64,000 bases of DNA from the human T2T-CHM13v2.0 reference genome, Homo sapiens. The position numbers were made by a program, and so were the translations under genes. The notes under the pieces were generated by a model, which was not told the DNA's origin, ran no database searches, and was given only the letters and a program-made list of their open reading frames with translations. Below are positions 27,471 through 40,919 of this stretch, piece by piece. Position 1 is the stretch's first letter; every line of letters starts with the position of its first letter. The stretch lies in NCBI RefSeq assembly GCF_009914755.1, contig NC_060937.1. One strand, written 5' to 3'.

Positions 27471-28968
27471 AAGGAAAAAGATCATAGGATAAAAAATATA
27501 TGTGTTATAAAAAAATATTAAAAGGGCCTAACTCTATTTCTTTATATCCTAATTGTTGTGCTTTAGCTAAGAAATTGAAAGGAAGTTGTCAGGCAAATTA
27601 TCGTTAATTCTTAAACTGGCCATATTGAACAGAGAGAAAAGAAAGGGGAAGGAATAGAGTTATTATTTATTTATGGAAAGCTGATTTTTCTGGGCTGATT
27701 GCAATGCTAGACTTTTCCATCTTATCTCTTGTAATCCACATATTGCTATGAGGTAAGTTATCTTTTCCCTATTTATTCCTTTTTGTCTCTGTTTGTGTCC
27801 AATACCTTAAAAAGTACTTGATACATAGTATCACTCAATAAATATTAGTTACCCAATAAATATTATTAAATAAAATAAATTGAGATTCAGAGACGGCAAC
27901 TAACTTGTCCAGGATCGCACAGCTGTTAAGTGGTAGAGCCAGTGGGACAGTCTCATGGGCCCATCTGACCCCATAAGCAGGGCTGTTTCCACTCCCTCTA
28001 CCCTTGAGTAGTTCACATGATAACAATAGGACAGGCCCAGCTATTCATGCCCAACTATTCATGATTCATAATTGAAGTCAGTTAAGGCTTCCAAGCCTCT
28101 GATTCCTTATATGAAAAATGGAGAAAATAATACTTTTCCCATTTATCGTCTATGGGGGGGTGTAAGGGTTGCTGAGGCTTTTTAACATCCACAATCCCAT
28201 TTTGTCCCCATGACAACCCTGAAAGGGTGGATATGAACACCAATATAGAAATGGTGAAGGAAGATCTCGGTGAAATATATAAGGCCTTAAAATTAAACTA
28301 TGTTCTCTAAAGCAATAAACTATTATTATGATATGTATAAATGCTCTTTCACCTTTTCTTGTCTAAAAAATAAAAGAGAATCTAGGCATTTGAATTTCCA
28401 GTGATCTCTACAAACAAGAAACCCAAGGAAAGAACTCCAGAAGGATATATCCCAGTAGGGAAATTAGTTTCCTAACACCTCAGTCAGTCACCCATGGGTT
28501 AATCAGAGTTGGATGGTTTCCGATTCTGGCTCTTAGCCCTGTCAAGTCTTCCCTTCTGATACATGAATAACATGAATCTGGCTGCATATGCAATTTATCA
28601 GCTCCATCCTGGCCAGGAAACCTTAGGAGAGCTTTTGCAAATGCACTGAAACCTGACTGTTTTCCAGCCTTTGTTCCAATTGTAATGAGTCTCCAGGATT
28701 TAATTCCAAATCAACACCACACCCTATCTGAAAAGGCCATCCCTTCGGTTTTTGTGAGCCAGTTTATAAAAGTGGCCAGCAGGTGTTTCTTTTTCATTCT
28801 CTTCCAAAAAGAACTCCTGAGCCCACCAACACCAGGTACCAAGGATTCTGCAGATGGGAGGGTTCTCCTGCAACCGTGCCTCTGTTGGGGGAGGCGGGGA
28901 GCTGGCCCAGGACTGCCACAGCATTTGCTTCCTCTTGGGCAGCCAAGACCAGACTCAAGTGGCCTTAC

Positions 28969-29125
28969 CTGATAAGAGAGTGCCAGGTAACTGTGGAGGG
29001 CATCCAGGTTTTCAATAAACTCCATGAGATTTCCTCCCAGTGTCCGTAGCATCCTGTCATAGCCAGACATCTTCAGAATTGAAAGTATTCTCCAAAGAGT
29101 TTCAGGATGGCTTCCATGGAGACAC
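28969..29125 (-). CDS. GUCY1B2: Exon 4 (157 nt, frameshifted): (G)VSMEAILKLFGEYFQF* then MSGYDRMLRTLGGNLMEFIENLDALHSYLALSYQ in another frame
   Basis: ctacag|GTGTC...TATCAG|gtaagg. Length 157 does not fit phase 1 in / phase 0 out. TGA at 29075-29073, ATG at 29070-29068. Includes the heme-ligating His (DALHSYL). Confidence 0.95.
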
Positions 29126-31679
29126 CTGTAGAAACCAAAGCATACCCCCTAAATAAAATCTCCTGGAGGTGTGTGTTGTCCTTTGTGTGGTCTTCATTTA
29201 TTTCCAAAGGGTTCACATCCTGGCTGTGTGACACTATCGAGCTACTCTCTAAGCCGTCACTTGCCTCCTCGGTAAAATGCCAATAACCACATTGATGTCA
29301 TGGGCCCTTGGGAGGAGCCCCGTGCAGCCTGGCACTGAGTAGGTGCTTGTGAAACATAAGTCTCCTTGACAAATACTTCCTCAAAGTCGAGAAGGGGATG
29401 CAGAGATGCTGTACCCGCTTAGCTGCTGAAGCCAGTGCCCAGAACAAGCTTCACTCTGGGTGGGGAGGGCGCGACCCTCCACGAACACTGCCAACACCTC
29501 CCACATCTTTAAATGTAACAGTCAGTCTCTAACAAGAATACAAGGATGCCTCTGAGAAATAACTAATACACAATGAAAAAACTATGCCTTCAAGGCTACA
29601 GGATCCTGATTTACCAAAAAGATGATACCAAATACTTGCAGTGTCTTTCCCTTTCTCTCCTGACCTCCCTGTGAGGCCCAGTGTTCCTGTTCCATTCTCC
29701 ATAAAGATTTCTCTGAATTCTCTCTTCCTAAGTGTTGCATTTTTTTTTTCTTCCTAATTCATGGTAATTCTGGAGAGAAGCAACCCGATCCTACACGTTT
29801 TCTGTGCTAAACACAGCATAGGTGCCTGATGAACACCTGGAGGTAGATTTGCGGCATTAGTTGGAGCTGCTGCCCACCTCCCCGCTCCCCAGTCTACACT
29901 GTTGGAATAGACAGTAAGCAAGTGTCCACTTTATGGGAAAGACAGCAAACATTTTAAAAGAATATTTTATAGTTCTGACAACACACATTAATTACTGTTC
30001 TGTTACTCAATGTTTGCCCAGCTCTTATAAGGTAGCTAACCTTATTATCATGTCCTTTTTACAGCTGAGCCTGTTGGGGCTGAGTCATCTTTGTGAATTG
30101 ACTGCAGTCACATAGAGTTGCAGAGGCCAGATTTGTTGAAGAGGCTCCAACTCTAAGTTTAGCACTTTTTATACCACATCCCCCAGCCTCTGAAGCAGCA
30201 ATGAGAGAAGCAAGGAGTCTCCCCAAGGGAAGCGCTGCTTATGCGTTGGCATCATTGACACAGGAGACAGGGCATCCATCCATGCTGCTGGTCTGGAGAT
30301 CCTGTGAGAAACACCCTCTTATTTACAATGGGGCTGTGACACATGTAAGTCCTGGGGGCTGGGGCAAATGTCTGTAATGCCCAGGTTTATGGAAGGCCTG
30401 AAGAGCTCACCATCACCAGTATCTGTGGTTGCATCCTTGAAAAACTCTGTGATGCTCTGGCTGGATTTGGAATTCACAGCAAGGGACATTCCAGGTCTCA
30501 TGAGCTATCCAGGGCTAAATCCTACAGAGGACAGACGAAGGAGGTCTGGGCACTCTCCAGCCCCTGCTTGCTTCCTAGGATGGTCTGAAGAGCAGTTTCC
30601 CTACAGCTCATAGTCCACAGCCAGACCATGGGGCAGATAATTGTTCTGTAATCTGAGCAGGATAGAGTCCCCACTGAATTGGTCTAGTTTTGTCAGAGAT
30701 GAGTTGTACATATTTTCCAAGATGAGTTATACATATTTTCCAAAAATTGATTAGTCGGATCTGAATCTAGACGAAGCTTGGGATGGTAGAGAAGCCAGTG
30801 GTAATGGCCTGTGTTAATTGCCTCCGTTGGCTTCTTTGCTTGTGGGTGCATCCTGGCCGGCCTCAGGCAGGCTTGTCTATACACTGGTATAAATTCAAGG
30901 ACCACCTGCTAACCCCTAGGGGATCTGAGACAAATTCTACCAAGTTCCTTTCCAGTGCTTGAGTCTCTGGGAGGGGGACTGCTAAAAGGTAAACAGACAG
31001 ATGGGAAATTGTCCTTCTGCTCTCCTGCTTCCATCCCTCTGTTACCTCTGATCTAGCTTATTCAGACTAAGAAAAAACAGCTGTGCTGTGCATCCTGGAG
31101 GCTGGAGCTCTGAGCAGGTGCATCCTGTTACCTGCCAGGAAAAGCAGGGGTCCCAGCGGCCCCCCTTCTCCCAAGAACCTCTGCCAGGAGGACTGGGCTG
31201 CGTGTAAGCCAAGCAAAGTTATATTCAAGTAAGAGTGGCAGCTTTGGGTAAAAGACTGCCTGTTTGACTTTCAAATCTTTAAACTTAAAAAATCCATGAA
31301 GCTGTTTGTTCCAGGCTCTGGTTATTTTGTTTGTGGATGCCCAGCTCTGTTAAAAGGAAAGGACATCTGGCTGAGAGATGAACTGTTTCCCAAACAAGGA
31401 TCTTGGGTTTGAGTGTGGTGTTTTCCACCTGTAATGGGTTTGGAGCTTCTTCTAGAATTCTTAGTTGAGAATGCTTGTCCAGCAGGGAATAAAGGCCGCT
31501 TTTTTAAAAAAATCAGCACCTGTTTTAGTCTTTTATACAGTTTCACATCAGTGTATTTAAGATTCCAAGAACCCGCTAAGTCATAGGGGATCCAAGATAT
31601 ACAGGAAATGGTTAGAAACTGCAAGAAAGAACTAAACTAACTTAGGTGCCTTAAAATGTTTTTTTGATAGTGCAGGGGA

Positions 31680-32584
31680 GACTTTATACTATGCTTAGTA
31701 TTCTTTAATGTAAGAAAGAAGGGAAAACAAGGAAATAATCATCTATCTGCCTACTTGTGCAAAATTAAACACCAGAAGGATAAACCTGGATCTATTGAGA
31801 TTGGTTACCTACAGGACATTGGTAGGGAATGGGGTGGAAAGATTAGAAAAATTGTGGAGTTGGGGAAAATGACATTTTTCTGAGCATAACTTTTTGAACA
31901 GTTCTGGTTTGGGGAGTCATGTTAATGTTTCATATGCTTAAAATAAATAAAATATAAGATCAACAAGGATAGAGAAAACCCCTAAGATGGAGTACAAACA
32001 GAAACAAATTCACAGAACAGCATTTCAACAGAACAGTTTTGAATAACATAATCACCCAGGAAAAAAATTAACCCAGTAATATTTGAACATAGTATTTACA
32101 CTACTGTGTCTTCAGGCCAAAAACAAAAAGAACTTTAAACAAATATTTTACTGTAGTTAGTAGGCTTCCTTTTCACAGCAGTGTGGGTTAGCAATTCTGA
32201 AACTATGTTCTGAACAAGTAAATATATTGTGGATAGTGGGAGCCAGGTTTTTCCCTATCTGAGAATGAAGTTACAATTATGGAAAGGGGAGGAATAGAAT
32301 GAACCCTGTGCCTCTGGATTAGAAAATCTAACATAATAAGACAATGAAATCTATCATGGTTTTAGATATATCTATATTTTATATATCTATATCTATATCT
32401 ATATTTTATATATCTATATATCTATATTTTATATATCTATATCTATATTTTATATATCTATATCTATATATAGATAGATATATAGATAGATATAGATTAT
32501 ATCTATATATATTATATTATATCTATATATTATATATAGATATATATTATATATATAGATATATATATAGAGAGAGAAAGATGG

Positions 32585-32635
<51 letters not shown>

Positions 32636-33910
32636 ACATGTATTTTCCAGCACTGTCCACTAAGAGGGCCTAAAAGCAGTGATATCCCAGTAGCAGTGGG
32701 GTTGCCTAATGTCTAGATCTTAGTTTTTAAATGCTCTTCTCCTGTAAAAGGAATCAGGGCCTTGGGGAAATGGCAGATTCCAGGGCTGGGGCAGGGAAAG
32801 GATGAGATCAGCCTATAACATCTTGTTATGCAAGAAGGTAAAGAAGTGATCAAAGAATGATGGGGACATGTCAAAAGGACACAGGGGCCAGTTTAGGGTG
32901 GCTCTCACTGGCTAACTCTTGCACAATTTGAGCATCAAAATAAATAATAAAAGGAAAGGATTACAGCCTGTTTTTAAAAAATAAGAATCACAAATCTACA
33001 TTGATATAAGTAAATAAATACATGGGGGAGAGGGGGAAATTCTTCCTTACAGAAACTCAATGAATAAATACAAAAGGAATAATATTCTTAGAAAATCACC
33101 ATTTGACTTCCATCATAAGTATCAATTCAGACAAGAATCACAAATAAATACTAAAACTATGAAAGAGGGAGTTTGAGAAATGACAAGATATTTGCATAAT
33201 CTGAAAGTATCTCCTCACAAGGTACTAATTACAAAGGGAAAATGTAACTTTACAGTGGAGAAAGCTGGCAAATTCTACGTAAATCAAGTGATCAAAGTTA
33301 GCCTCACTAATAATAGGACAGATCAATGAATGGAATATGCCTCCTGATATGATAAACTGGGAAGGAAAAAGATCACGTCTGTGATCTTCCTGCCAGGAAA
33401 GCATAACCTGAATTATATCATGAGGAATATCAGATAATCCTCAATTGAGGGACATTTTGCAAAATGTCTGACCAGAACTTCCCAAAAATACCAATTTTAT
33501 AAAACATAAAGAGACTCAGAAACTGTTCCAAGCCAAGGAATACTGAAGAGACACGATAAGTGACATGATTCAGGATTTTCTTTTGTTCTAAAGGACATCA
33601 TTGGGTCAACTGGAAAACTCTCAATAAGGTCTATAGATTAGATAATAGCACTATATCTATGTTCATTTCCTGAGTTTGATTGTTGTACTGTAGTTATTTA
33701 AGAGAATTTTTAAGGACAAGAAGGCATCACATTTGCAATATACTAACAATTTCAAGAAAAAAAGTATAAATCTAGATATAAAGAGAAGGATAGACACTAT
33801 ATGGTAAAATGTCGACATTTGGGGAATATGGATAAATACTACATGGGAATTCTTTGTACTATTCTTGTAAGCCTTTTGCAAGTTTGAAATTATGTCAAAG
33901 TAAAAAAGAT
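31680..33910 (+). mobile_element. L1MC-like 3' UTR remnant containing microsatellites
   Basis: gaaaatcaccatttg...aattacaaagggaaaatgtaactttacagtggagaaagctggc...gggaattctttgtactattcttgtaa...tttgaaattat. Confidence 0.7.
32366..32632. repeat. Compound (TA/TATC)n + (GA)n + (TG)n microsatellite
   Basis: Directly visible; about 22 perfect TG units at 32586-32630. Confidence 0.95.
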
Positions 33911-34321
33911 TCTGTTGATTGCTCTGAAAAGACCATAGGGAATCTTACATAATAAGACCGTAAAGACCATGTTTATCCATGGCCAGCTGAAATACAGCTG
34001 CAGCCCAGGCCTCTGTAATGTTATGAATTTTGTTAGTTATAATCAGGGCATTATCAGTACATTTTTAATGTCTTTATCTTGTTAGAGACTAATACTGAAA
34101 TATTTATGGATGAAATTGTGAGAAACCTGGTAATTGCTTTAAAACACTCCAGAAAAAATAAAACTAGAAAAAGAGTGGAGGAATCAGATAGATGAAATAA
34201 GACTGGCAAAATATTGTTAATTAGTGAAGCTGGGTGGAGGGTATGTGGGCTTCTGTACACAATTCTCTCTACTTTTGCGTATGTATTAAAACATTTTTTT
34301 AAAATAAATAAAGGAGTTGAG

Positions 34322-34672
34322 TTTTTTTGGTTGGTTGTTTTTTTTTTGTTTGGTTGGTTTTTTTTCGTTTGTTTTTTTGTTTGTTTGTTTGTTCGTTTTT
34401 TTGAGACAGGGTCTCACTCTGTTGCCCAGGCTGGAGTGCAGTGGTGCTATCACGGCTCACGCAGCTTCAACCTCCCCAGGCTCAGGTGATCCTCCTGCCT
34501 CAGCCTCCTAAGTAGCTGGGACTACAAGTGTGTGCCATCACGCCTGGTTAATTTTTGTATTTTTTGTAGAGATGGGGGTTTTGCCATGTTGTCCAGGCTG
34601 GTCTTAAACTCCTGGGCTCAAGTGATCCACCCACCTTGACCTCCCAAAGTGCTGGGATTACAACACCCACCC
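34322..34672 (-). mobile_element. AluJ-like with degenerate (GTTT)n tail
   Basis: gagacagggtctcactctgttgcccaggctggagtgcagtgg...ctcccaaagtgctgggattaca. Confidence 0.92.
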
Positions 34673-35653
34673 AAGACTTTTTTTCCAGGAGGAAAATGAT
34701 GGTCACAAAGCTTCTATGCTTGATTCCCCAGGTGTGGAGACCTCTAACAAGCTTTTACATTGGAGTGTTGCATGAACTCAAACTTTCTGACTTAACAAGC
34801 ATGCGTCTTCTTTGTCACTGGGAAACATTTGCTTCTTGCTGGGTTTCAGCTCAAGGTACTGGAAAGAGTAGAGTTGGGCTGTCCAGGACTGGGGGACAGA
34901 GAGCGCCTGTTGAAGCCCCAGTGAGGCTGGCAGGGACACCATAGCCACCAAAGCAGAGCCTCCTGGACAAACAGCCCACTCAGGGCCAGACTTGCAAGAC
35001 CCCTGCCCACCTCCCGTCACCCAAGTCACAGGCAACAAGAGCTATTCCTCATGGCACTCTTCCTGAGTCACCCAGCAAAACATGTGCTCTTCAACAGGAA
35101 AGAGAAGTACATGCTCTACATTTGACAAAGTTTTCCGTTGAAAATGGGTAATTTTTCCCCCAAAGCGTTGGTATCCAAAGGATTACTCTTCAGATACCTG
35201 AAAAGAGCCATAATCTCACATACTCTTTTTCTCCAATGATATCACTAATGTCAGGCATGAGTTAGTTTATGGGGAAATATTTTGGAGTAGGAGAAAGAGT
35301 AGTCTGAGAAAAGGAAAGAAACATCTGCCCGTGTCCATGCTGTAGTTTGCAAGGAGGAAGAAGACTCTAAATTGGGAGGGTTGGGTTTCAGAAGTAGTCG
35401 TAAGTTTATACAGGCACAGAGAAAAAATAAACTGGAAGTCGATTAAGGCAGCTCAGGAAGGTGGTGCTCTGCAGGGATGAAGCAATTCCGCTGAAGCCTG
35501 GTAGAGAAGAAGCCTCCTGGTTCCCGTCAAACCTTGGAACAGAGTAGTCAGCCCTACCAGGGCCACAGCAGGGGGCCAGGGGTCTATCTGGTGGCAAGCA
35601 GGGGTGAGGGACAGGGCGAGGTACCTTGTTGTGTACCCACTCGGTGTCAGGCA

Positions 35654-35743
35654 TTTTGCTCACCTTATTTGATTTCTTCTGTAGGACAGATGAAACCCCC
35701 TGGGTTGTTGTCCTACAGAAGAAATCAAATAAGGTGAGCAAAA
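35654..35743. repeat. Perfect 35-bp inverted repeat with 20-nt spacer
   Basis: ttttgctcaccttatttgatttcttctgtaggaca (35654-35688) and tgtcctacagaagaaatcaaataaggtgagcaaaa (35709-35743). Confidence 0.97.
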
Positions 35744-37035
35744 CGTCACAGGTATCATTGCTGCATTACCAGGGGAACATTTACCCCAGGTTACATTATC
35801 AGGAGCCGGTGTAGCCAGGGGGCTCACCCAGGTCCGTCTGATTCCAAAGCCCTTGCTCTAGACATTGTCGACTTCCCCTCCAGTCTGTGGGATTAAGCAT
35901 CAGCCTTGGAATCAGCAGACCTGAATTCAAGTCTCCATTCGTGGCTGGTTGCACAGCCTGGGTTACTTGTCCCATCCTCAGAGGAGAATAGTGAAGAGCA
36001 AACGTTATAATGCCTGATTTCAAGACGTTGTCAATTTTGTGTTGTTCTTATTTTTAAAGATGTGAGTGCAGAGAGGCTTGCTGGCATTTGCTGATAGCTA
36101 ACTGTTGAAACACATTTTACTGTGGGTGTCTTCGCAAGCAAAGTCTAGACGGACACAGCTGTGCCAAATGGCTGTTGTGTGTTGTTTTGAATTTTGTCGC
36201 TTCAGATCACTAATAACCCACTTACACACTAAGTAGGCACTTATTCATATACAGAACAATTCCTTATGCAATGCTCAACCTGCCATCTGGTCCCCTCCTG
36301 AATTATGCTAATTGGAAAGCACAGAGCTATGCAGTGGCAGAGCGGTCTGGAAAAGTCCCAGCAATTGCTTCAAGGTAGGGAAATTGCATTCTGAAGCCCA
36401 CATGGAAAGCAAAGCCCTCACTAGTGGTGACTAAGCACACTTTTTCCCTTGTCAAAGGGAGGATTTTCAACTGACCAGTATATTTTGTTAGACAGTAAAA
36501 TGTCCTTCCTGTAGCCTTTCCTTTGGATGGGTCTTGCTCTCTCAGACTCATGGGAGTTGGAGACATACAGAATCACGACGGGCTTCCTGGGGCTGTCCTG
36601 ATTCCACATCTCATACATGTGTTCACTCGATTTTGCATCCCAACTTCTTGTTTGAAAAATGCATTCACCATACTCATTTACTCTTTCAGATAGATATAGG
36701 CCAATAGATGTTATGGAAATAAACTACAAGAAGAAAAGGTTCCTGACATTCAAAGCTAGGCAGAGAGAAACCACAGTGATGTACGTTGGCTTTCGGTGGA
36801 AAGGTGATGTGGGCCAGCCCACACATTGGTCTGTAGACTGGCTGCTGCCTCTACACATGTTGGTTGGGTTGGGAATGTGACGGCAGTGGGGCAGGTATGT
36901 GATGGCATCTCACTGCTGGAGGTACTGCCACACCGTTTGATGTACATGAGCACAGACAGCCACAAAAATGGACTGGGGTGATATGATATATACAGAGTAT
37001 TTCTTTCTGGAGATATACAAGCTGATTCAAGTTCT

Positions 37036-37361
37036 TATATTAGTCCACTAGGGCCACCATGACAAAATGCCATAGATGGGGTGGCTTAAACAACAGATAT
37101 TTATTTTCTCAGAGTTCTGGAGGTCGGAAGTCTGAGATCAAGGTGATAACATGATTACTTGACTTATAGAGGGTCACCCTCTCACCATGTTCCCATGTGA
37201 CAGGGAGTGAGAGAGCCAGTGCTCTGGTATCTCTCCTATAAGAGCTCCAATCCTATCAAGAGGGCCCCACCCTCATGAGTTCATCTCAACCTAATTATTT
37301 CCCAAAGGCCCCATTTCCAAATATGAATTTGGGGCATGGGGGCACAATTCAGTCCAGAGCA
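37036..37361 (-). mobile_element. MaLR LTR (MLT1A-like)
   Basis: ggggtggcttaaacaacagatatttattttctcagagttctggagg...cccaaaggccccatttccaaata...cacaattcagtcca. Confidence 0.8.
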
Positions 37362-37424
37362 GTTCTTAGGTTAAAAGATATTTTTAGAATCTTGAAAAAG
37401 ATCTGCATCCACCCTTGAGAGCAT

Positions 37425-37652
37425 GAAATGACCAACTTTTCCTGTGAAGGGCAGATAGTAAATAATAAATGTTTTCGGCTTTGTAGGTCATATGGTCTCT
37501 GCGCAGCTACTCAGCCCTGCCACTGTAACACAAAAGCAGCCATGGACGATGTATAAACAAAGGGGCACGGCTGTGTTCCAATAAAACGTGACTTACACAA
37601 ACAGGCAAGGGCCCAGATCTGGCCCATAAGCTGTATGTAGTTTGCTGACCAC
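37425..37652. mobile_element. MER58A-like relic
   Basis: aacttttcctgtgaagggcagatagtaaat...ggctgtgttccaataaaac...gtagtttgctgacc. Confidence 0.75.
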
Positions 37653-37674
37653 TAATCAGAGAGCTCAGAACATA

Positions 37675-38004
<330 letters not shown>

Positions 38005-38009
38005 CATAA

Positions 38010-38233
38010 TTTATTTTATTTTATTTTATTATTTTTAAGTTCCAAGGTACATGTGCAGGATGTGCAGGTTTGTTACATACATAAATGTGTGTCATGGTGC
38101 TTTGCTGCACAGATCAACCCATCACCTAGGTATTAAGCCCAGCACGCGTGAGCTAATTTTCCTAATGCTCTCCTTCCCCCCGACCCCCACAACAGGCCCC
38201 AGTGTGTGTTGTTCCCCTCCCTGTGTACATGTG
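38010..38233 (-). mobile_element. L1PA 3' end fragment
   Basis: gtacatgtgcaggatgtgcaggtttgttacata...cccatcacctaggtattaagcccagc...caggccccagtgtgtgttgttcccctccctgtgt. Confidence 0.88.
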
Positions 38234-39913
38234 GAACATAATTTTTTACCACAGCCATTTGAAGTGAACAGCAAAGCCTGTCTTCTTATAAGGGACAGTA
38301 TCTAGAGGTACAAAACATAGAAATACCCCCATCCTTCCTTCAGATTCAACATTTGGCTGACATTTACCAAACACCCAGTATGTGCCATGCATGTTGCTAA
38401 GTGCCTTACATTTGTTATTTGATTTAATTCATTCCTTCCCACAACCCTGTAAGGTATTATTCCTTTTGCAGGAGATCAACTCTCAGTGAAATTCTAGCCC
38501 AAGGTCACACAGCTGGTGTGACGGAAAAGAATCCACCCTCCATTCTCATTCTGGAATAACAACGAGATGTTCTTTCGCAGAGGGCTCAGACCAAATCAAG
38601 ACTACACGATACAGCCACTACGTCCTTCTGCTGCTGGGATCCCTTGGAATAAAATCAAGAAAAGACTAAAGGTGGGCTTAATTTCACTACCCATTGTAAG
38701 CTTTTTTGCCGTTTTATTTCCTAAGCTCTGTCAAAACTCCAGATTTTCAGCTCAAAAGTAGTCATCTCTCATTACAGAATTTCCACCTAATGATTTGTAT
38801 TCTTCCTGTGGAAGGAAGGTTACTAGATGCTCCTCTTACTTAGCTAGAAGAAAGGAGGTAATTGCAAACCACTGGACTTGCTCGTGGACCTCCTGCCCTC
38901 ACTAGGATCACAGATGTGCAGAATTGTCAGCCACAAGGGCAGCACCTAGGCTTTGCCTATGTGGGGTGGACATATTAGGATCAAGAGGGGATCTGTCTGT
39001 CTGGTTTGCAAAAGCATATTTAACATCGTAATCGCATACTTTTAAAAAAAATTAAAGTGATGCTTAAGAAAACAAAACAGGTAATCTCTTTGGCAGGTGT
39101 GTCAAGCATAAAGGCTGACAGGTGACCCTCTGGGGTGGCTGTGCTGCTGCCACCTGTTGAACAAAAAGGCCATAGCTGGGGAGCAGAGCTGAGTCGAGAA
39201 CCCAGGTCTCCAGGCCTGCAGCCCCTGGGAGCAGCACAGTGCTGTAAAGAGGACACATCCCGCTCTCAGACTCGAGCGCAGAAAGCTCGATGCTGTGTGC
39301 TTTTTGATAACCCAGCCCCACAGAAACCTCCCCTGGTGTTAGCTGCTGGAGAGACAAAAGGGCCTGGGAGTCCCCCCAAGACAGGCTGGACAGGATAGGG
39401 GTGAGGTTTGCAGGTATCACTGACACTTCCCAGTTCCTGGGCCAGCTTTGGCCTAGAATCTCTCTCTGTAAGCTTCTTTGGAGAGCGGAGCTGGTTGGTG
39501 GATTCGGGGAGAGGCCCAGCCGTGATTCTTGGGAAGCCACGTGAGCCCTGTCTGCCAGCTGCCTGTGTCCTCCCTCTAAGTGCTGCCGTGGTGGCAGGCT
39601 GGGAACTGGCTTTAGGAAGCATCCGGGAGGTGTTGCTGCTCTTGGCGCCTGAGTTCCAGGAGCTGAAGGAGCAAATGACTGTTTCACTCCTTGTGCCTTA
39701 TTTCCAGCCTCAGACACAACCTTGGTTCTATCAAAAGATGCAGGTGGGAAGTGACCAGGGGCTAACATACATCTGGTTGGAAGTTGTTTTAACAACCAGT
39801 TGGGACACCAGATTCCTCCTAGCTATGATCACCATCACCTGCCAGGCCTCGTTGGCAACTCTGGCCCCTGCTTGTCTCTGTGGCTCCAAGAGAGCAACAT
39901 GATGAGATGAGAC

Positions 39914-39975
39914 AGCAGGTGGCCCAGAGTGGACAGGGGAAGCAGGTGGCCCAGAGTGGGCAGGGGAAGCAGGTG
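39914..39975. repeat. 27-bp tandem repeat, about 2.3 copies
   Basis: agcaggtggcccagagtggRcagggga x2 followed by agcaggtg. Confidence 0.9.
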
Positions 39976-40919
39976 ACCACCTGTTACCAGAGAGGACTCT
40001 GAGCACCACACACATCCAGCTTCCTCAGCCTCAATGACTTCCCCCTCCCAGCTTGGCAGAGACTTTGGGCCTCTCCTGGATATGGATCCCTGGAAGGTCT
40101 TCTGCATCCAGGAGATGACCAGGAACATGAGAAGAGATGTAGATATCAGTCACAGCGCCATGTGAAAGCCATGGGAAAAGCCCTCTCATCTGTCAGATCC
40201 AGTTGCCTGCAAGTAAAGCTGGCACTATCTTTTTAATCATCAGATAATTTTTCTGAAATCCAAAGGGAAGGGAAATAAGCTCAATACCTCACACGACACG
40301 GGCACTTTACACATCACTGCTGCGCTCTGGAGAAGCTGCCTGTCCCTGCGGGCTTAGCATTAGCTAGCTGCCCTGGTGTGTTCTCAGGCACGCCTGCTGG
40401 GCTGATGACTGTGATACCTGCTACTGGCTTAAACCTATATCATTTCACAAATTGTTCCTGAGAATGGCAAGCCAATTTGCTAGGCCCTCAGAGGCACCAT
40501 GAAACCAACTCAAAACCATGGCCCCTGCTGCCAGACCCTCTGCAGGCTGCATAAGAGCCAGCTTGCACACTCCCAGGGACTGGGCCTAGCCTGACACTTC
40601 CAACAGGGCTATACCCGGTGCCAGGTGACAAGCATGAGGCCTGATGCAGCGTCTGAGTGAGATCATCCTTAAATGCCATCTCACACTCTCACAGTGACCC
40701 AAGGCAGCACCGCCTATGAGGAATGGGTGAAGGAAGTTCAACGGGAAGGGAAAGAGGAACCTCATCAAAGATCCTGGGTACAGAGGGGGGCTTCGGCTTC
40801 CTGCATAGATCCCTGGAGCCTGGGACGGTGGAGGCTGCCTGCCCCTCCCTCCCCTCAGGCCTGCCCTGGCTCATTGTGTACTCAGTGCTGGTGAGAAGGA
40901 AGGATAAAGAAAGCGAGGG

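Noticed and set aside
29071-29100. Programmed ribosomal frameshift at TTC TGA (antizyme-like)
   Set aside because: Rescue needs a -1 shift, not +1, and there is no X XXY YYZ slippery heptamer here.
32344-32673. Ile/Tyr-rich ORFs (also 59071-59446)
   Set aside because: Artefacts of (TA)n/(TG)n microsatellites.
39064-39902. Longest ORFs in the track (243 aa minus, 164 aa plus)
   Set aside because: No recognisable domain, non-ATG starts, and overlapping ORFs on both strands in GC-richer intronic DNA; consistent with chance.
39914-39975. 27-bp repeat as a possible CRISPR-like array
   Set aside because: Head-to-tail tandem copies with no spacers, in mammalian DNA; an ordinary minisatellite seed.
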